64,000 nucleotides of DNA from Candidatus Yanofskybacteria bacterium (GCA_003151795.1 PLYL01000024.1:4953-68952), one strand, 5' to 3'; counted from the first letter of the stretch, positions 50,365 through 59,619 are shown. Notes: generated by a model from the letters alone, not told the origin. Translations and numbers: made by a program.

Positions 50365-51090
50365 ATGCTCCAGGATTTAAAGAAGAAAAAGTCATTGCTC
50401 GTGATTCGCAATCTGGTTATAGCCGAAGTCTTGGCCTACGGCGTGTTTATGATCGTGGCGCTTTCGGCCTATTGGGCCCAGATTTATCGGGGATTTGCCA
50501 TCTCTCGCTATCTCTCATTTACGGTGCTGGAATTTACGGGTCTGGGGATTATCCAGATTGCCATCATTGTGGCGGTAGTTACAAAATCAGTCCGCGAAGA
50601 ATCGGACATTAAAGACATCATTCGGACGGGTGAACACGAACGGCTTGAATTTAAGACGTCCCTACGCTGGGACGTGAAGCGCGACCAAGTGAATAAAGAT
50701 CTCGAACGTGGTGTAATGAAAACCATTACCGCGTTTTTGAATTCAAAGGGCGGGAACTTAGTCATTGGCGTCGACGACCACAGCCAAATCTACGGTCTTG
50801 AGTCGGACATGGCCTCGCTCGCCAAACAAAATCACGACGGGTTTGAAAACCATTTTAATAATCTTTTTGTCTCAATGATTGGCCCCGAGTTTCGCCAGTA
50901 CGTGAAACTTTCATTTCACTATATTGGCAATCAAAGCGTGAGTTTGGTGGAAGTGAAACAAGCGCATCAGCCCGCGTATTTAAAGACCGAGAAAGGAGAG
51001 GACTTCTTTATCCGCACTGGCAACGCCACGACGTCGCTCAAAGTCAGCCAAGTCGCGCCCTATATTTCTTCGCAGTGGCGCAATAACTAA
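50365..51090 (+). CDS. Membrane-anchored AlbA_2/Schlafen-type putative DNA-binding domain protein
   Basis: Two N-terminal transmembrane helices, then ERLEFKTSL...FLNSKGGNLVIGVDD, which matches the AlbA_2 (divergent AAA_4) core. Confidence 0.45.
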   Translation: MLQDLKKKKSLLVIRNLVIAEVLAYGVFMIVALSAYWAQIYRGFAISRYLSFTVLEFTGLGIIQIAIIVAVVTKSVREESDIKDIIRTGEHERLEFKTSLRWDVKRDQVNKDLERGVMKTITAFLNSKGGNLVIGVDDHSQIYGLESDMASLAKQNHDGFENHFNNLFVSMIGPEFRQYVKLSFHYIGNQSVSLVEVKQAHQPAYLKTEKGEDFFIRTGNATTSLKVSQVAPYISSQWRNN

Positions 51091-51404
51091 TAGGAGAGGA
51101 GAATACTAATTTCTGTGAGGTTCTGGCAATCAAGCTGGACCAGGCCGTCTTGATTTTCGCCGATGATAAAGCAGGAATTATCGCTTCCCGTCACTTTCAT
51201 GAGATGATTGGCAATCCACTGGCCGTGCCAAGTGATTTGGGCGGCGGAATCCGTGAGCTCCCAGTTCCCGCCGTCTTGAACGGTGGCCTGAACTTGGCCG
51301 GTATTTACTGATTCGCTGGCATGGATAAAAAAGGGCATTAAAAGGCCGATAAATAAGACCGCCAACCGGAGGTTGTGCCCAAAGAAGCACTTTCTGAACA
51401 TGTT
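51087..51404 (-). CDS. Small secreted hypothetical protein (start trimmed to the internal Met to avoid overlapping the tRNA)
   Basis: Signal-peptide-like MFRKCFFGHNLRLAVLFIGLLMPFFIHASE; the longer ORF as called would run into the tRNA at 51516. Confidence 0.3.
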   Translation of the reverse strand, partial: NMFRKCFFGHNLRLAVLFIGLLMPFFIHASESVNTGQVQATVQDGGNWELTDSAAQITWHGQWIANHLMKVTGSDNSCFIIGENQDGLVQLDCQNLTEISILLSY

Positions 51405-51515
51405 GCATATTATACACGAGTACCAATTAAAAGTCAAGTCAAGACTTGGGAGGAGTTTTTGACGGTTGAGTTTGTTGGTATATTTTGTTACTATACATAA
51501 ACAATTGAATATTAT

Positions 51516-51790
51516 TCCGCGGTAGCTCAATGGTAGAGCGGCGCCCTGTAGACAAAACTTGCAGCTCTTTGAGGAAACTCAAGGATGAACTTTTCGGGAT
51601 AACGGTGAAAGCTACGTCGAAAGATATGCTAATACCGTGGGAACTTCAGCCAGTGCTGGAGAGCGCCGTAGAGACTAGATACCGAAGATCCGTAATGAGA
51701 AATCAACGGATAAGATATAGTCCACCCCATATCGAAAGCTATGGATTATGTGTAAGGCGATGGTTCCAGGTTCGAGTCCTGGCCGCGGAG
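51516..51790 (+). tRNA. tRNA-Asn(GUU) interrupted by a roughly 203-nt group I intron (intron about 51550-51752), copy 1
   Basis: Exons: TCCGCGGTAGCTCAATGGTAGAGCGGCGCCCTGT plus TAAGGCGATGGTTCCAGGTTCGAGTCCTGGCCGCGGAG, giving anticodon loop CUGUUAA and G73. The intron carries the group I P7 S-element AAGATATAGTCC and the R-like GAGACTAGATA. A P1 pairing of exon CUGU with intron GCAG is possible, with U-G at the splice site. Confidence 0.6.
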
Positions 51791-51796
51791 CAAACG

Positions 51797-51830
51797 AAAA
51801 AATCCTGATTTTATCAGGATTTTTTCTTGG
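51797..51830 (+). terminator. Intrinsic terminator after the tRNA
   Basis: aaaaaatcctgat / atcaggatttttt perfect hairpin followed by a T-run. Confidence 0.6.
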
Positions 51831-51878
51831 ACGGCAAATGGACTTTAGAACCAGAAACGAGTAAAATGAGGTAAAATC

Positions 51879-52748
51879 ATGAAAACAAAATTCATAAGAC
51901 TTACAACTAAAGATGACCTGATTTTACAAGGATTTATATATTCTCCAGAACAGGAAACTAAAAAGGCATACCTCCACATCCATGGAATGGGTGGTAATTT
52001 CTATGAGAACCGGTTCTTAGATTTCATGGCCGAAGGCATCACAAATGCAGGCTATACATTCATGGCTATTAATACCCGTGGTCACGATATGATTGCGGAT
52101 TTTCCTCTAGCCGGATCCGAGGAAAAATATAAGCGAATTGGAGTTGCCTATGAGAAGTTCGAAGAATGCGTACTCGATATTAAATCAGCCATCGATTATT
52201 TGGAGAAAGAAAGATATTCAGAAATTGTTCTCTGTGGTCACAGTCTCGGAACATCTAAGGTTGGATACTATGTTGCAACTACACAAGATAAGAGGGTGCA
52301 AAAACTAGTCCTTATGTCTCCATCAGACATGGTGGGTCTCGCTGAAGCCGAAAAGTATCATGCAGGATTATTAGCCGAAGCGAAACAAATGGTGGCCGAA
52401 GGTAAAGGTAGTGACTTACTCTCAACAAAAATCTGGGACTGGTATTTCTTGTCTGCCGAGACATATGTTGATTTAAGTTCTCGTGATTATCCAGTCGACG
52501 TGTTTAATACCTACGACAAGGCAAAGCCGTCAGCTTTAGAAAAAATCACAATTCCAACCCTCGCCTTTTTTGGAGAGAACGATGACTCGGCGATACTTGG
52601 GAGCAAAGAAGAGTCGTTAGAAGTAATAAAATCAAAAGCTCCTAATGCTCCACGTTTTGATCTCGATGTTATTCCAGGCGCATCGCATGGTTATTTTGGT
52701 AAAGAAAAAGAAATGACGGCAGTAATTGTTAACTGGCTTAATAAGTAA
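51879..52748 (+). CDS. Alpha/beta-fold hydrolase
   Basis: Nucleophile elbow GHSLG, an HGMGGN oxyanion region, and a C-terminal His (ASHGYF). Confidence 0.6.
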   Translation: MKTKFIRLTTKDDLILQGFIYSPEQETKKAYLHIHGMGGNFYENRFLDFMAEGITNAGYTFMAINTRGHDMIADFPLAGSEEKYKRIGVAYEKFEECVLDIKSAIDYLEKERYSEIVLCGHSLGTSKVGYYVATTQDKRVQKLVLMSPSDMVGLAEAEKYHAGLLAEAKQMVAEGKGSDLLSTKIWDWYFLSAETYVDLSSRDYPVDVFNTYDKAKPSALEKITIPTLAFFGENDDSAILGSKEESLEVIKSKAPNAPRFDLDVIPGASHGYFGKEKEMTAVIVNWLNK

Positions 52749-53071
52749 TGAATACTGAAACGGTAAAAATTGTGGTCTTTGTTCCAGAGAGTCATGCTGA
52801 TGCCGTAAGAAAGGCTGTCGGCGATGCTGGAGCTGGTAAAATTGGAAACTATAGCCATTGTTCATTCTCATCGAAAGGGCAAGGTCGTTTCCTGCCATTG
52901 CCAGGAACGAATCCAACTATCGGACAAGTTGGGAAACCAGAAACTGTTGAAGAAGAAAGGATTGAGTTTGTCTGTGAAAGATCCTTGTTAAAGAAAGTAA
53001 TCGAGGCAATGAAGAAAACACATCCGTACGAAGAGGTGGCTTTTGATGTTTATCCATTAGAAAATTTATGA
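52748..53071 (+). CDS. Small conserved hypothetical protein
   Basis: 107 aa; the start codon overlaps the upstream stop. Confidence 0.3.
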   Translation: MNTETVKIVVFVPESHADAVRKAVGDAGAGKIGNYSHCSFSSKGQGRFLPLPGTNPTIGQVGKPETVEEERIEFVCERSLLKKVIEAMKKTHPYEEVAFDVYPLENL

Positions 53072-54363
53072 CCGAATCTATGCCCACAAGTGATGATCTA
53101 ATGCTCCAAATGTCTCCTTGGGATTTTGACCAAACATTAAACGGCGGCTGGAGAATATATGAGGATAGCGACCCTCTTCGGGCCGCTCAACTTATTCAAA
53201 AATACATTGTTCAGAATCGGGAACGTATTTTAAATCCAAAAGAAGGAGAGAGGGAGATAGAACTTAGAGTGATGTATTTTCATATTGGTCAGAATCTACT
53301 CTTTGCAGGACAAGAACATTATCTCGAAGCAATAGGTGCACTCAAGCAATCCTTTGAGGAAGGACATGAGTGTTGGAATGCCTACGTCTCTGCCACTATA
53401 GGGTTTTTAGAAAATGACATTCAAAGAATTGATGGTGCTATTAATACTATTGAACAGTCTCAAGAGTATAAAGAAGATTCACGAAGTGGGAATCTTCACA
53501 TCGTTAAAAACTTTAAGAAAGCTTTAAAATCAGGCGAGTATGATTACAAAGAGGTGTATCTAAAGAAAGAGATTAAACAAGTCGGTGATTACGTTTCCGT
53601 AAACGAGCAGGGTTATTTAGTTAACAATCTAAAGCTCGAGAGTATTCAAGAAAAATGGAAGCCAGTAGTTGAAGACGTTATTAATGAATTTAAAAAACAT
53701 TTTGGCGATAAGTTAATCGCGGTATATGTTCGGGGATCTGTGGCGGCTGGCCGGGCGGTAGATGGGATTTCTGATGTAGATGATACCGCAATAGTAGATC
53801 TACCTGAGGATCAAATTGATGTGAGCTGGAGACAGGATTTTCATAAAGCCATGAAAGAAAAGTACCCGTTCGTTTATGCCCTTGAAGGTAATGTTGATTC
53901 GTTCGATTCAATTAAAAAAAGTGCTAACCACGGATTATTTTTAAAAACTCAATCATTACGAGTATACGGACAAGATCTTGCGAGCGAGCTTCCTGAGTTT
54001 GAATTGGGCAGAAATACGGTAGCTCATGCTTTCTCAATCAAAAAGAACATTGACGCTGCTCAACAATTTATTCTAGAACAGAAAGACAATCCTGAACGAA
54101 TCAAAAGACGGTGCACGGTTATAATGAAAAGAATTGTCCGATCGGGGTTTGAGCTAGTGATGGAGCGATCTCATAAATACACGAGAGACTTATATTTGTG
54201 CTGGCAAGAGTTTTCCAAATATTATCCTGAAAAATCAGATATCATGAAAAAGGTGATGGAACTGGGTATTTACCCAACATCTGATGTGAGCGAGATTCAG
54301 GAAGTTTTAGGTGACTTAGGTCCTTGGCTAGACGAAGAAGTTAAAAAAGTTTTTCCCAAATAA
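53068..54363 (+). CDS. Nucleotidyltransferase-domain protein (ANT/Pol-beta-like core with an extra N-terminal domain)
   Basis: VYVRGSVAAGRAVDGISDVDDTAIVD carries the GS..x..DxD nucleotidyltransferase signature. Confidence 0.45.
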   Translation: MTESMPTSDDLMLQMSPWDFDQTLNGGWRIYEDSDPLRAAQLIQKYIVQNRERILNPKEGEREIELRVMYFHIGQNLLFAGQEHYLEAIGALKQSFEEGHECWNAYVSATIGFLENDIQRIDGAINTIEQSQEYKEDSRSGNLHIVKNFKKALKSGEYDYKEVYLKKEIKQVGDYVSVNEQGYLVNNLKLESIQEKWKPVVEDVINEFKKHFGDKLIAVYVRGSVAAGRAVDGISDVDDTAIVDLPEDQIDVSWRQDFHKAMKEKYPFVYALEGNVDSFDSIKKSANHGLFLKTQSLRVYGQDLASELPEFELGRNTVAHAFSIKKNIDAAQQFILEQKDNPERIKRRCTVIMKRIVRSGFELVMERSHKYTRDLYLCWQEFSKYYPEKSDIMKKVMELGIYPTSDVSEIQEVLGDLGPWLDEEVKKVFPK

Positions 54364-54684
54364 ATGAAGCCTCTTAAATTCAAACATGAATTCGTAAAGG
54401 AAATTCTCAAGAGTAAAAAGACTACCATATGGCGTTTGTTTGATGACAAGAATCTTCGCAAAGGAGACGAGCTAGATCTCATTGATCGAGATTCAGAAGA
54501 GAGTTTCGGGAAAGCAAAGATTTTAGATGTCGAGAAAAAGAAAATCAAAGAGCTAACCGACTTTGAACTCAAGAACCACGACTATACGAGCTTGGGCGAT
54601 ATGATCGACAGCCACCGAGTATATTATGGCAGTAAAGTAAATCTTCAAACCGAAGTTAAGATAATTAAATTTAAACTCCTGTGA
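54364..54684 (+). CDS. ASCH/PUA-like domain protein
   Basis: 106 aa; N-terminal KFKHEFVKEILKSKKTTIWR is typical of ASCH. Confidence 0.4.
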   Translation: MKPLKFKHEFVKEILKSKKTTIWRLFDDKNLRKGDELDLIDRDSEESFGKAKILDVEKKKIKELTDFELKNHDYTSLGDMIDSHRVYYGSKVNLQTEVKIIKFKLL

Positions 54685-55088
54685 AGCAACGAGTATCTGC
54701 AGTAATCATAAGTGATAACAAGATTCTTCTCATTAAACGGGTGAAGCCCGACCAGGAATATTACACGCTTCCAGGCGGCACTGTTGAGGAGGGCGAAACT
54801 ATAGAGAGAGCGATGTACCGAGAATTTAAAGAAGAATTAAGCGCTACTCCTAAGATCGGGAAGCTCCTCTTTGAGACTAGTAGTGAAGGTAGAAAAGATT
54901 ATTATTTTGAGATAGACGAAACCTTAGGTGTTCCTAAAATAGGTGGTCCAGAACTCCAGAGGATGAATGCCGACAATCAATATATTCTGACTTGGGTTGA
55001 ATTTGAGGACTTTAAAAATCTTGCTGGCTTCTATCCTAATCCGCCAGGGACAAAAGAGAAACTCATTGCTATATGGCCGCACCCATAA
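54681..55088 (+). CDS. NUDIX hydrolase
   Basis: Nudix box GGTVEEGETIERAMYREFKEELS. Confidence 0.75.
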   Translation: MKQRVSAVIISDNKILLIKRVKPDQEYYTLPGGTVEEGETIERAMYREFKEELSATPKIGKLLFETSSEGRKDYYFEIDETLGVPKIGGPELQRMNADNQYILTWVEFEDFKNLAGFYPNPPGTKEKLIAIWPHP

Positions 55089-55675
55089 CTCACATCGTAT
55101 TGGCCAATAAAATATTTAAAGATTTACCGAATATTTCTCGGAAAGAATTTTTTGTTGGGACTAGCTTCCCCGACATTAGATACATAAGAGTTATTGACCG
55201 AGACAAAACTCATGTGAAAGATGTTTCTCTAGAGAATATCAAAAACGAGTCTAGTTTTAAGGCGGGGTTTCTTCTACACTCTCTGGTAGACAAATTGCGG
55301 GAAGATTATCTCGATAAAAACGGCTTGTATAATCTAATCCCTAAATCTGGACTTGCCATGCAAGCCGTAAAGTTATTTGAGGATAAAATACTGTATGATA
55401 AATTGTCTGACTGGAGTTTTGTCGCCGATTATTTTAAAGACATTCTACCAGAAGAGAGTGAGTTTCCAATCCAAAAACAAGATATTTCTAAATGGCACAA
55501 AATATTGAGTGATTACCTTGCACAAAAACCTAGCCCGGAAAGTAGAGCACCGTTTTTTAAGGAACTCTACTTTACTGATGAGCAGACAAAACAAATCGAA
55601 CTGCTTATAAAAGAAATGGAGAGTAAACCGGAACTTATTGATCTGATCCAAAGCTTTTACCAAAATATACTATGA
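55073..55675 (+). CDS. Hypothetical protein
   Basis: 200-aa ORF overlapping neighbours at both ends. Confidence 0.3.
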   Translation: MAAPITHIVLANKIFKDLPNISRKEFFVGTSFPDIRYIRVIDRDKTHVKDVSLENIKNESSFKAGFLLHSLVDKLREDYLDKNGLYNLIPKSGLAMQAVKLFEDKILYDKLSDWSFVADYFKDILPEESEFPIQKQDISKWHKILSDYLAQKPSPESRAPFFKELYFTDEQTKQIELLIKEMESKPELIDLIQSFYQNIL

Positions 55676-56055
55676 AAACAATACTAGTTGATGCCGTATA
55701 TACCTTTGTATCTGACCAAGGAGTAATTTTCCAAGAGATGTTTGATTTGCTTGAGAAGTATCCAAACAAGAAAATTATCCTCACCAACGCCGGTGATGAT
55801 AAGTGGCAACAATACGGCTTAGATAAAATGCCCTACGAAGTATTCACACTGAAGCATAATCCGGATAAGCCAGATCCAACATATTTTCAAAAACTTCTTA
55901 AGCACTTCAGCCTTACGGATAATGACGTCGTCTATTTTGAGCACAGCCCAGAAGCAGTCAAGAGTGCTGAATCGGTAGGCATAAAGTCTTATCATTACGA
56001 CGAGAATAAGAAAGACCTAGCGGCTTTAAAAAACTTCTTAGATCAAAACTTATGA
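55672..56055 (+). CDS. Hypothetical protein (possible HAD-like)
   Basis: 127 aa; the N-terminal KTILVDAVYTF resembles HAD motif I only weakly. Confidence 0.25.
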   Translation: MKTILVDAVYTFVSDQGVIFQEMFDLLEKYPNKKIILTNAGDDKWQQYGLDKMPYEVFTLKHNPDKPDPTYFQKLLKHFSLTDNDVVYFEHSPEAVKSAESVGIKSYHYDENKKDLAALKNFLDQNL

Positions 56056-56444
56056 TCGAAATTAAACCTGACCACCAATGCGTGATGAGAGTAGTCGAAG
56101 GATCACTGACTGATAAGTCTTGCATTGCAGGCTTTCCACAAAAAGTTCTACAAATATTTGCTGACGATGCCAACTGGAATCAGTTACTTGAAATAAGTGT
56201 GCCATTTAGTCAGATTAAAGAGATTCAAAAAGCTATGATTAAGCATTATGACACCTCAGCTCCGTGGTACACTGACGGTTGGCTCGCAAACGACAAGAAT
56301 ACAATCATTTGTGCTTTCGGAGCGGACGATGGCGAGAATGGTAAAATATTTGTTTTCAAGCGAGATGATAAGCAGACTTACCAAGAAATAACTGATTACG
56401 CTGTTTCAAAAGGTATCCCTAAAGAACAAGTAGATTTTCTATAA
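56052..56444 (+). CDS. Hypothetical protein
   Basis: 130-aa ORF in the overlapping gene chain. Confidence 0.3.
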   Translation: MIEIKPDHQCVMRVVEGSLTDKSCIAGFPQKVLQIFADDANWNQLLEISVPFSQIKEIQKAMIKHYDTSAPWYTDGWLANDKNTIICAFGADDGENGKIFVFKRDDKQTYQEITDYAVSKGIPKEQVDFL

Positions 56445-56448
56445 ATCA

Positions 56449-56895
56449 ATGGAAATTACTTTCCAAAAAGCAACTCTCGACGATGTAGACAAGTTTGTTG
56501 AAATTGAGAAAACCTCGGCCGGATTGAACCTGTATTCTTCAATGACTGACCCTGCAGAAGCTAAAGAAGAAATAGAAAATAACGAAGTTTATTTTATCAA
56601 AAAGGACAATGATATTGTCGGAACTACCGAGTATCAGATAAAAAGTCCCGACGAAGCCTATTTAGGTGGCTTGCTTATCAAGCCAGAGTTTCGAGGCCAA
56701 GGTATTGCCCGTAGGGCCATAGAATTTCGGCTCGATAAACTGAAAGGGATTAAACGACTTTGGCTAGTCACACATCCGCACAACAGCAAGATGATTCGTA
56801 TGTATCTTTCCTACGGGTTTATTATTGAGGCCTGGAAGGATAATTATTATGGAGATGATCAACCGAGGCTTGTTTTAAGTCGAGAGACAAAATAG
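56449..56895 (+). CDS. GNAT family N-acetyltransferase
   Basis: Acetyl-CoA-binding motif RGQGIARRAIEF. Confidence 0.65.
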   Translation: MEITFQKATLDDVDKFVEIEKTSAGLNLYSSMTDPAEAKEEIENNEVYFIKKDNDIVGTTEYQIKSPDEAYLGGLLIKPEFRGQGIARRAIEFRLDKLKGIKRLWLVTHPHNSKMIRMYLSYGFIIEAWKDNYYGDDQPRLVLSRETK

Positions 56896-56897
56896 CG

Positions 56898-57110
56898 ATG
56901 CTCCCACCCGAAGCCATCAAAGAATTCAAAGGATTGTATAAGAAACGCTTCGACAAAAAGCTTTCAAATGAGAATGCTTCAAGACGAACCAACAACCTCG
57001 TTAATCTATACAAGATTGTTTACACTCCCTTACCAGAAACTGAAGAATCAAAAGCGAGAGTAGATAGGGCTTACGACATATTATTTGAAGAAGTAGCTAA
57101 GAAAATATAA
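56898..57110 (+). CDS. Hypothetical small protein
   Basis: 70-aa ORF. Confidence 0.25.
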   Translation: MLPPEAIKEFKGLYKKRFDKKLSNENASRRTNNLVNLYKIVYTPLPETEESKARVDRAYDILFEEVAKKI

Positions 57111-57117
57111 CACGCAT

Positions 57118-57903
57118 ATGGACACCTCACTTTTATTACCCCGCGAACAATACGAAGAAGCTAAAAAGAAATGGGGCACTGCGCCGTTCACACTTGAAAT
57201 TAGGAATGACCATCAATGCCTATTTTATTTCGGTGCTAATCATTCTCACGATCCTGCCAACCATCAATATCCTATTTTACGAGAATACTGGAAAAAATTT
57301 TTGAATGAAACGGAAGGTAAAGAAAGGATTGTAATGGTGGAAGGTGGTATACGGCAAGTTACTAAAAGAGAAGAAAGTGCTATTAAGCACGGTTCGGAAG
57401 GTTCGCTTATAACATTTTGGGCGCATCCGCTCGGTCTTCAAATTGTTTCTCCGGATATTAAAGACAGCGAACTTTTAAAACTGCTTCCAAATAATTCCAA
57501 AGAAGAAACGCTACTCTATTGGTTTTTAAGTTATGTCGATCATTGGAAACATCATGCCGAGCCAATACCTGATTTTGAAAGCTATATTGCTAAATGGTCA
57601 GAATGGCAGACGCATAATGTCATGTGGGCAGGCATAGATGTTTCTTTGGGTAATTTAAAACGGTTGTACAAAGAAATCATCGGAAAAGAGTTTGATAAGG
57701 ACGATAATTTCAATAACATGGTCAATCCCAACCGAGACGACACTAAGATAAATAAAATTGCGCGTTCACAAAGCGATCTCCGAGATGCCAATGTCGCCTC
57801 CGAGATTGTCCGCTATTGGCAAGAAGGTAAGAGTATTTTTGTCGCCTTTGGTAACGGTCATCTCATCATAGAAGAGCCAGCTCTTCGGAAATTACTCAAA
57901 TAA
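57118..57903 (+). CDS. Hypothetical protein
   Basis: 261-aa ORF; no motif recognised. Confidence 0.3.
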   Translation: MDTSLLLPREQYEEAKKKWGTAPFTLEIRNDHQCLFYFGANHSHDPANHQYPILREYWKKFLNETEGKERIVMVEGGIRQVTKREESAIKHGSEGSLITFWAHPLGLQIVSPDIKDSELLKLLPNNSKEETLLYWFLSYVDHWKHHAEPIPDFESYIAKWSEWQTHNVMWAGIDVSLGNLKRLYKEIIGKEFDKDDNFNNMVNPNRDDTKINKIARSQSDLRDANVASEIVRYWQEGKSIFVAFGNGHLIIEEPALRKLLK

Positions 57904-57946
57904 AAACGATGAAGCCCGCGGAGGACCGTGGGTCCATCGCGGGCTG

Positions 57947-58243
57947 TTATCCCTTGGATAGTTCTTCGAATTCACCGAGCGGACGAATCTCGTCGGGAAC
58001 GGTGAATGTGCTTCCCTCGTGCCGCACGCCGTTGATGACCTTGCGGATGTAGCCACCGCTGATGTCCCAACCGTGCTTCTTAAAGTAGCGATACGGGTTC
58101 TCAGTGGCTTCTTCGTCGAGAGGGCCGTAAAATTGCGGGGGCGGATTGGGATCCTCGGTTCTTGGTTTCTCGCCTTCGAGAACTTCTTCTCGACTTCCGG
58201 TCCCGATCTGCGTGATCGGTTCAATCGTCAAATACATAGGCAC
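57947..58243 (-). CDS. Hypothetical protein
   Basis: 98-aa ORF on the opposite strand. Confidence 0.3.
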   Translation of the reverse strand: MPMYLTIEPITQIGTGSREEVLEGEKPRTEDPNPPPQFYGPLDEEATENPYRYFKKHGWDISGGYIRKVINGVRHEGSTFTVPDEIRPLGEFEELSKG

Positions 58244-58420
58244 TTCATACCTCCAGTACCCTTATAATATCATGGATTTCGATGGTTGACAAGACCATCA
58301 AAAAGGAGTATAATTGAGAGGTAAGCTAATTCCTACCTGTATGGGTAGGTGGCTCCCAAGAGCAACGAGGCTTTGTTTCCTACCTCGCCCAAAGGAAATG
58401 TTCATTCACAGGAGAGTCGT

Positions 58421-58855
58421 ATGACTCAAGACAAGCTGTCGTTCAACGTCACCGGTGGCCCCAGCAAGTTCGACCTGATGCTCTCGCTCTTCGATGGGAA
58501 CAAAGACCCCCGTCGGACAGTCGAGTTCCAGCTCGAAGGAGCGCGTGGCCCCGTCACCGTTGGTATCACGGCGGTCCAGCAGGAAGACGGTTCTGGCGAA
58601 AGCTGGAACGTCGAAGGTTGGATCACCAACTACCGCCGCAACTTCAACATCAAGGCGTACTACTCGAGCAACAGCCGCAAGGGCTACCTCACGTTCATCG
58701 TCCCGTTCCACTACGAGATGAGGGGCAACGAGCGTCACAAGATCGAGACGCCCGCCAATCAGCTCGAGATGGCCGACTACATCGACTGGTTGCGAGGCAA
58801 GGGCACCGGCTGGCCGATCCCGAGCGCGCACGTCTATACGACGCATCGCGGATAG
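58421..58855 (+). CDS. Hypothetical protein encoded by a strongly high-GC gene (foreign composition)
   Basis: A good RBS (caggagagtcgtATG) makes this the preferred start inside ORF 58349-58855. GC is visibly about 60% against about 40% in the flanks, with GC3-rich codons throughout. Confidence 0.45.
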   Translation: MTQDKLSFNVTGGPSKFDLMLSLFDGNKDPRRTVEFQLEGARGPVTVGITAVQQEDGSGESWNVEGWITNYRRNFNIKAYYSSNSRKGYLTFIVPFHYEMRGNERHKIETPANQLEMADYIDWLRGKGTGWPIPSAHVYTTHRG

Positions 58856-59150
58856 GCTGACAACAGCCCCGACAGAGAGTCCCGTGCAGAAATGCACGAT
58901 CCTCTGTACGGGGCTCTTTAATTACAAAAAATATCATTGCGTCGCAAAATACTAAGGACAGAAACAGGAATCATTTGGAACTGAACTAATACTCAAGCAA
59001 AATTCGGTTCAAGACCTGTTGCGGGTAGGGCTAAATTGGACAAAAAGTAGGATTCGACACAGAACCGCAGAAATCAAAATCCCAGAGGTTATCTAGGATT
59101 TTGATTCGAGAGAGGGACGGAGGCAGGTCTGAACACACCAGAATGGCCGC

Positions 59151-59430
59151 CTCCGCGGCCAGGACTCGAACCTGGAACCATCGCCTTACACTTAATCCAT
59201 AGCTTTCGTTACGGCGTGGACTATATCTTTCCCGAGACTTTCGTCTGGCGGGATTTCGGTATCTAGTCTCTACGGTGCCCCCGCCAAGGCGGGGTTCCCT
59301 CGGTATTACCCGTTCGCTTTACGCGAGTGTGGGCTTCACCGATATCCCGAAAAGTTCATCCCTAGCTTTCACTAGAGAGCTGCAAGTTTGTCGTTTACAG
59401 GGCGCCGCTCTACCATTGAGCTACCGCGGA
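59151..59430 (-). tRNA. tRNA-Asn(GUU) with a roughly 208-nt group I intron, copy 2 (inverted relative to copy 1)
   Basis: Exons identical to copy 1. The intron has diverged but keeps GATGAACTTTTCGGGATA, CCGTAGAGACTAGATACCGAA and the S-element GATATAGTCCAC. Confidence 0.6.
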
Positions 59431-59583
59431 ACGCATTAATGGAACCTGAAACTACAGACCTATATTATCAGAGAAAACCAAGGACTTCAAATCATCATAT
59501 TCTAATCCCGAAGCGAGCTTTATTAAGGGCAACGGGAAACGCTTTTGAATTATAATTAAATATAAGATGTCCACTATAAATAC

Positions 59584-59619
59584 TTGACATATTTATAAGG
59601 GCGTAATACCCTTATAAAT
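59584..59619 (+). promoter_or_regulatory. Putative promoter with a palindromic operator-like element upstream of the 77-aa gene
   Basis: TTGACA at 59584-59589. A 9-bp perfect inverted repeat (atttataag ... cttataaat) is centred about 15 bp before the ATG at 59620. Confidence 0.3.

Noticed and set aside
51087-51530. Full-length 147-aa ORF start at 51530
   Set aside because: It would overlap the 5' exon of tRNA-Asn. An internal Met with a signal-peptide-like sequence is the more plausible start.
58406-58937. Multiple overlapping ORFs on both strands (58406-58897, 58426-58629, 58494-58721, 58618-58860, 58695-58937)
   Set aside because: High GC suppresses stop codons in all frames. Only the RBS-supported frame 58421-58855 is kept.
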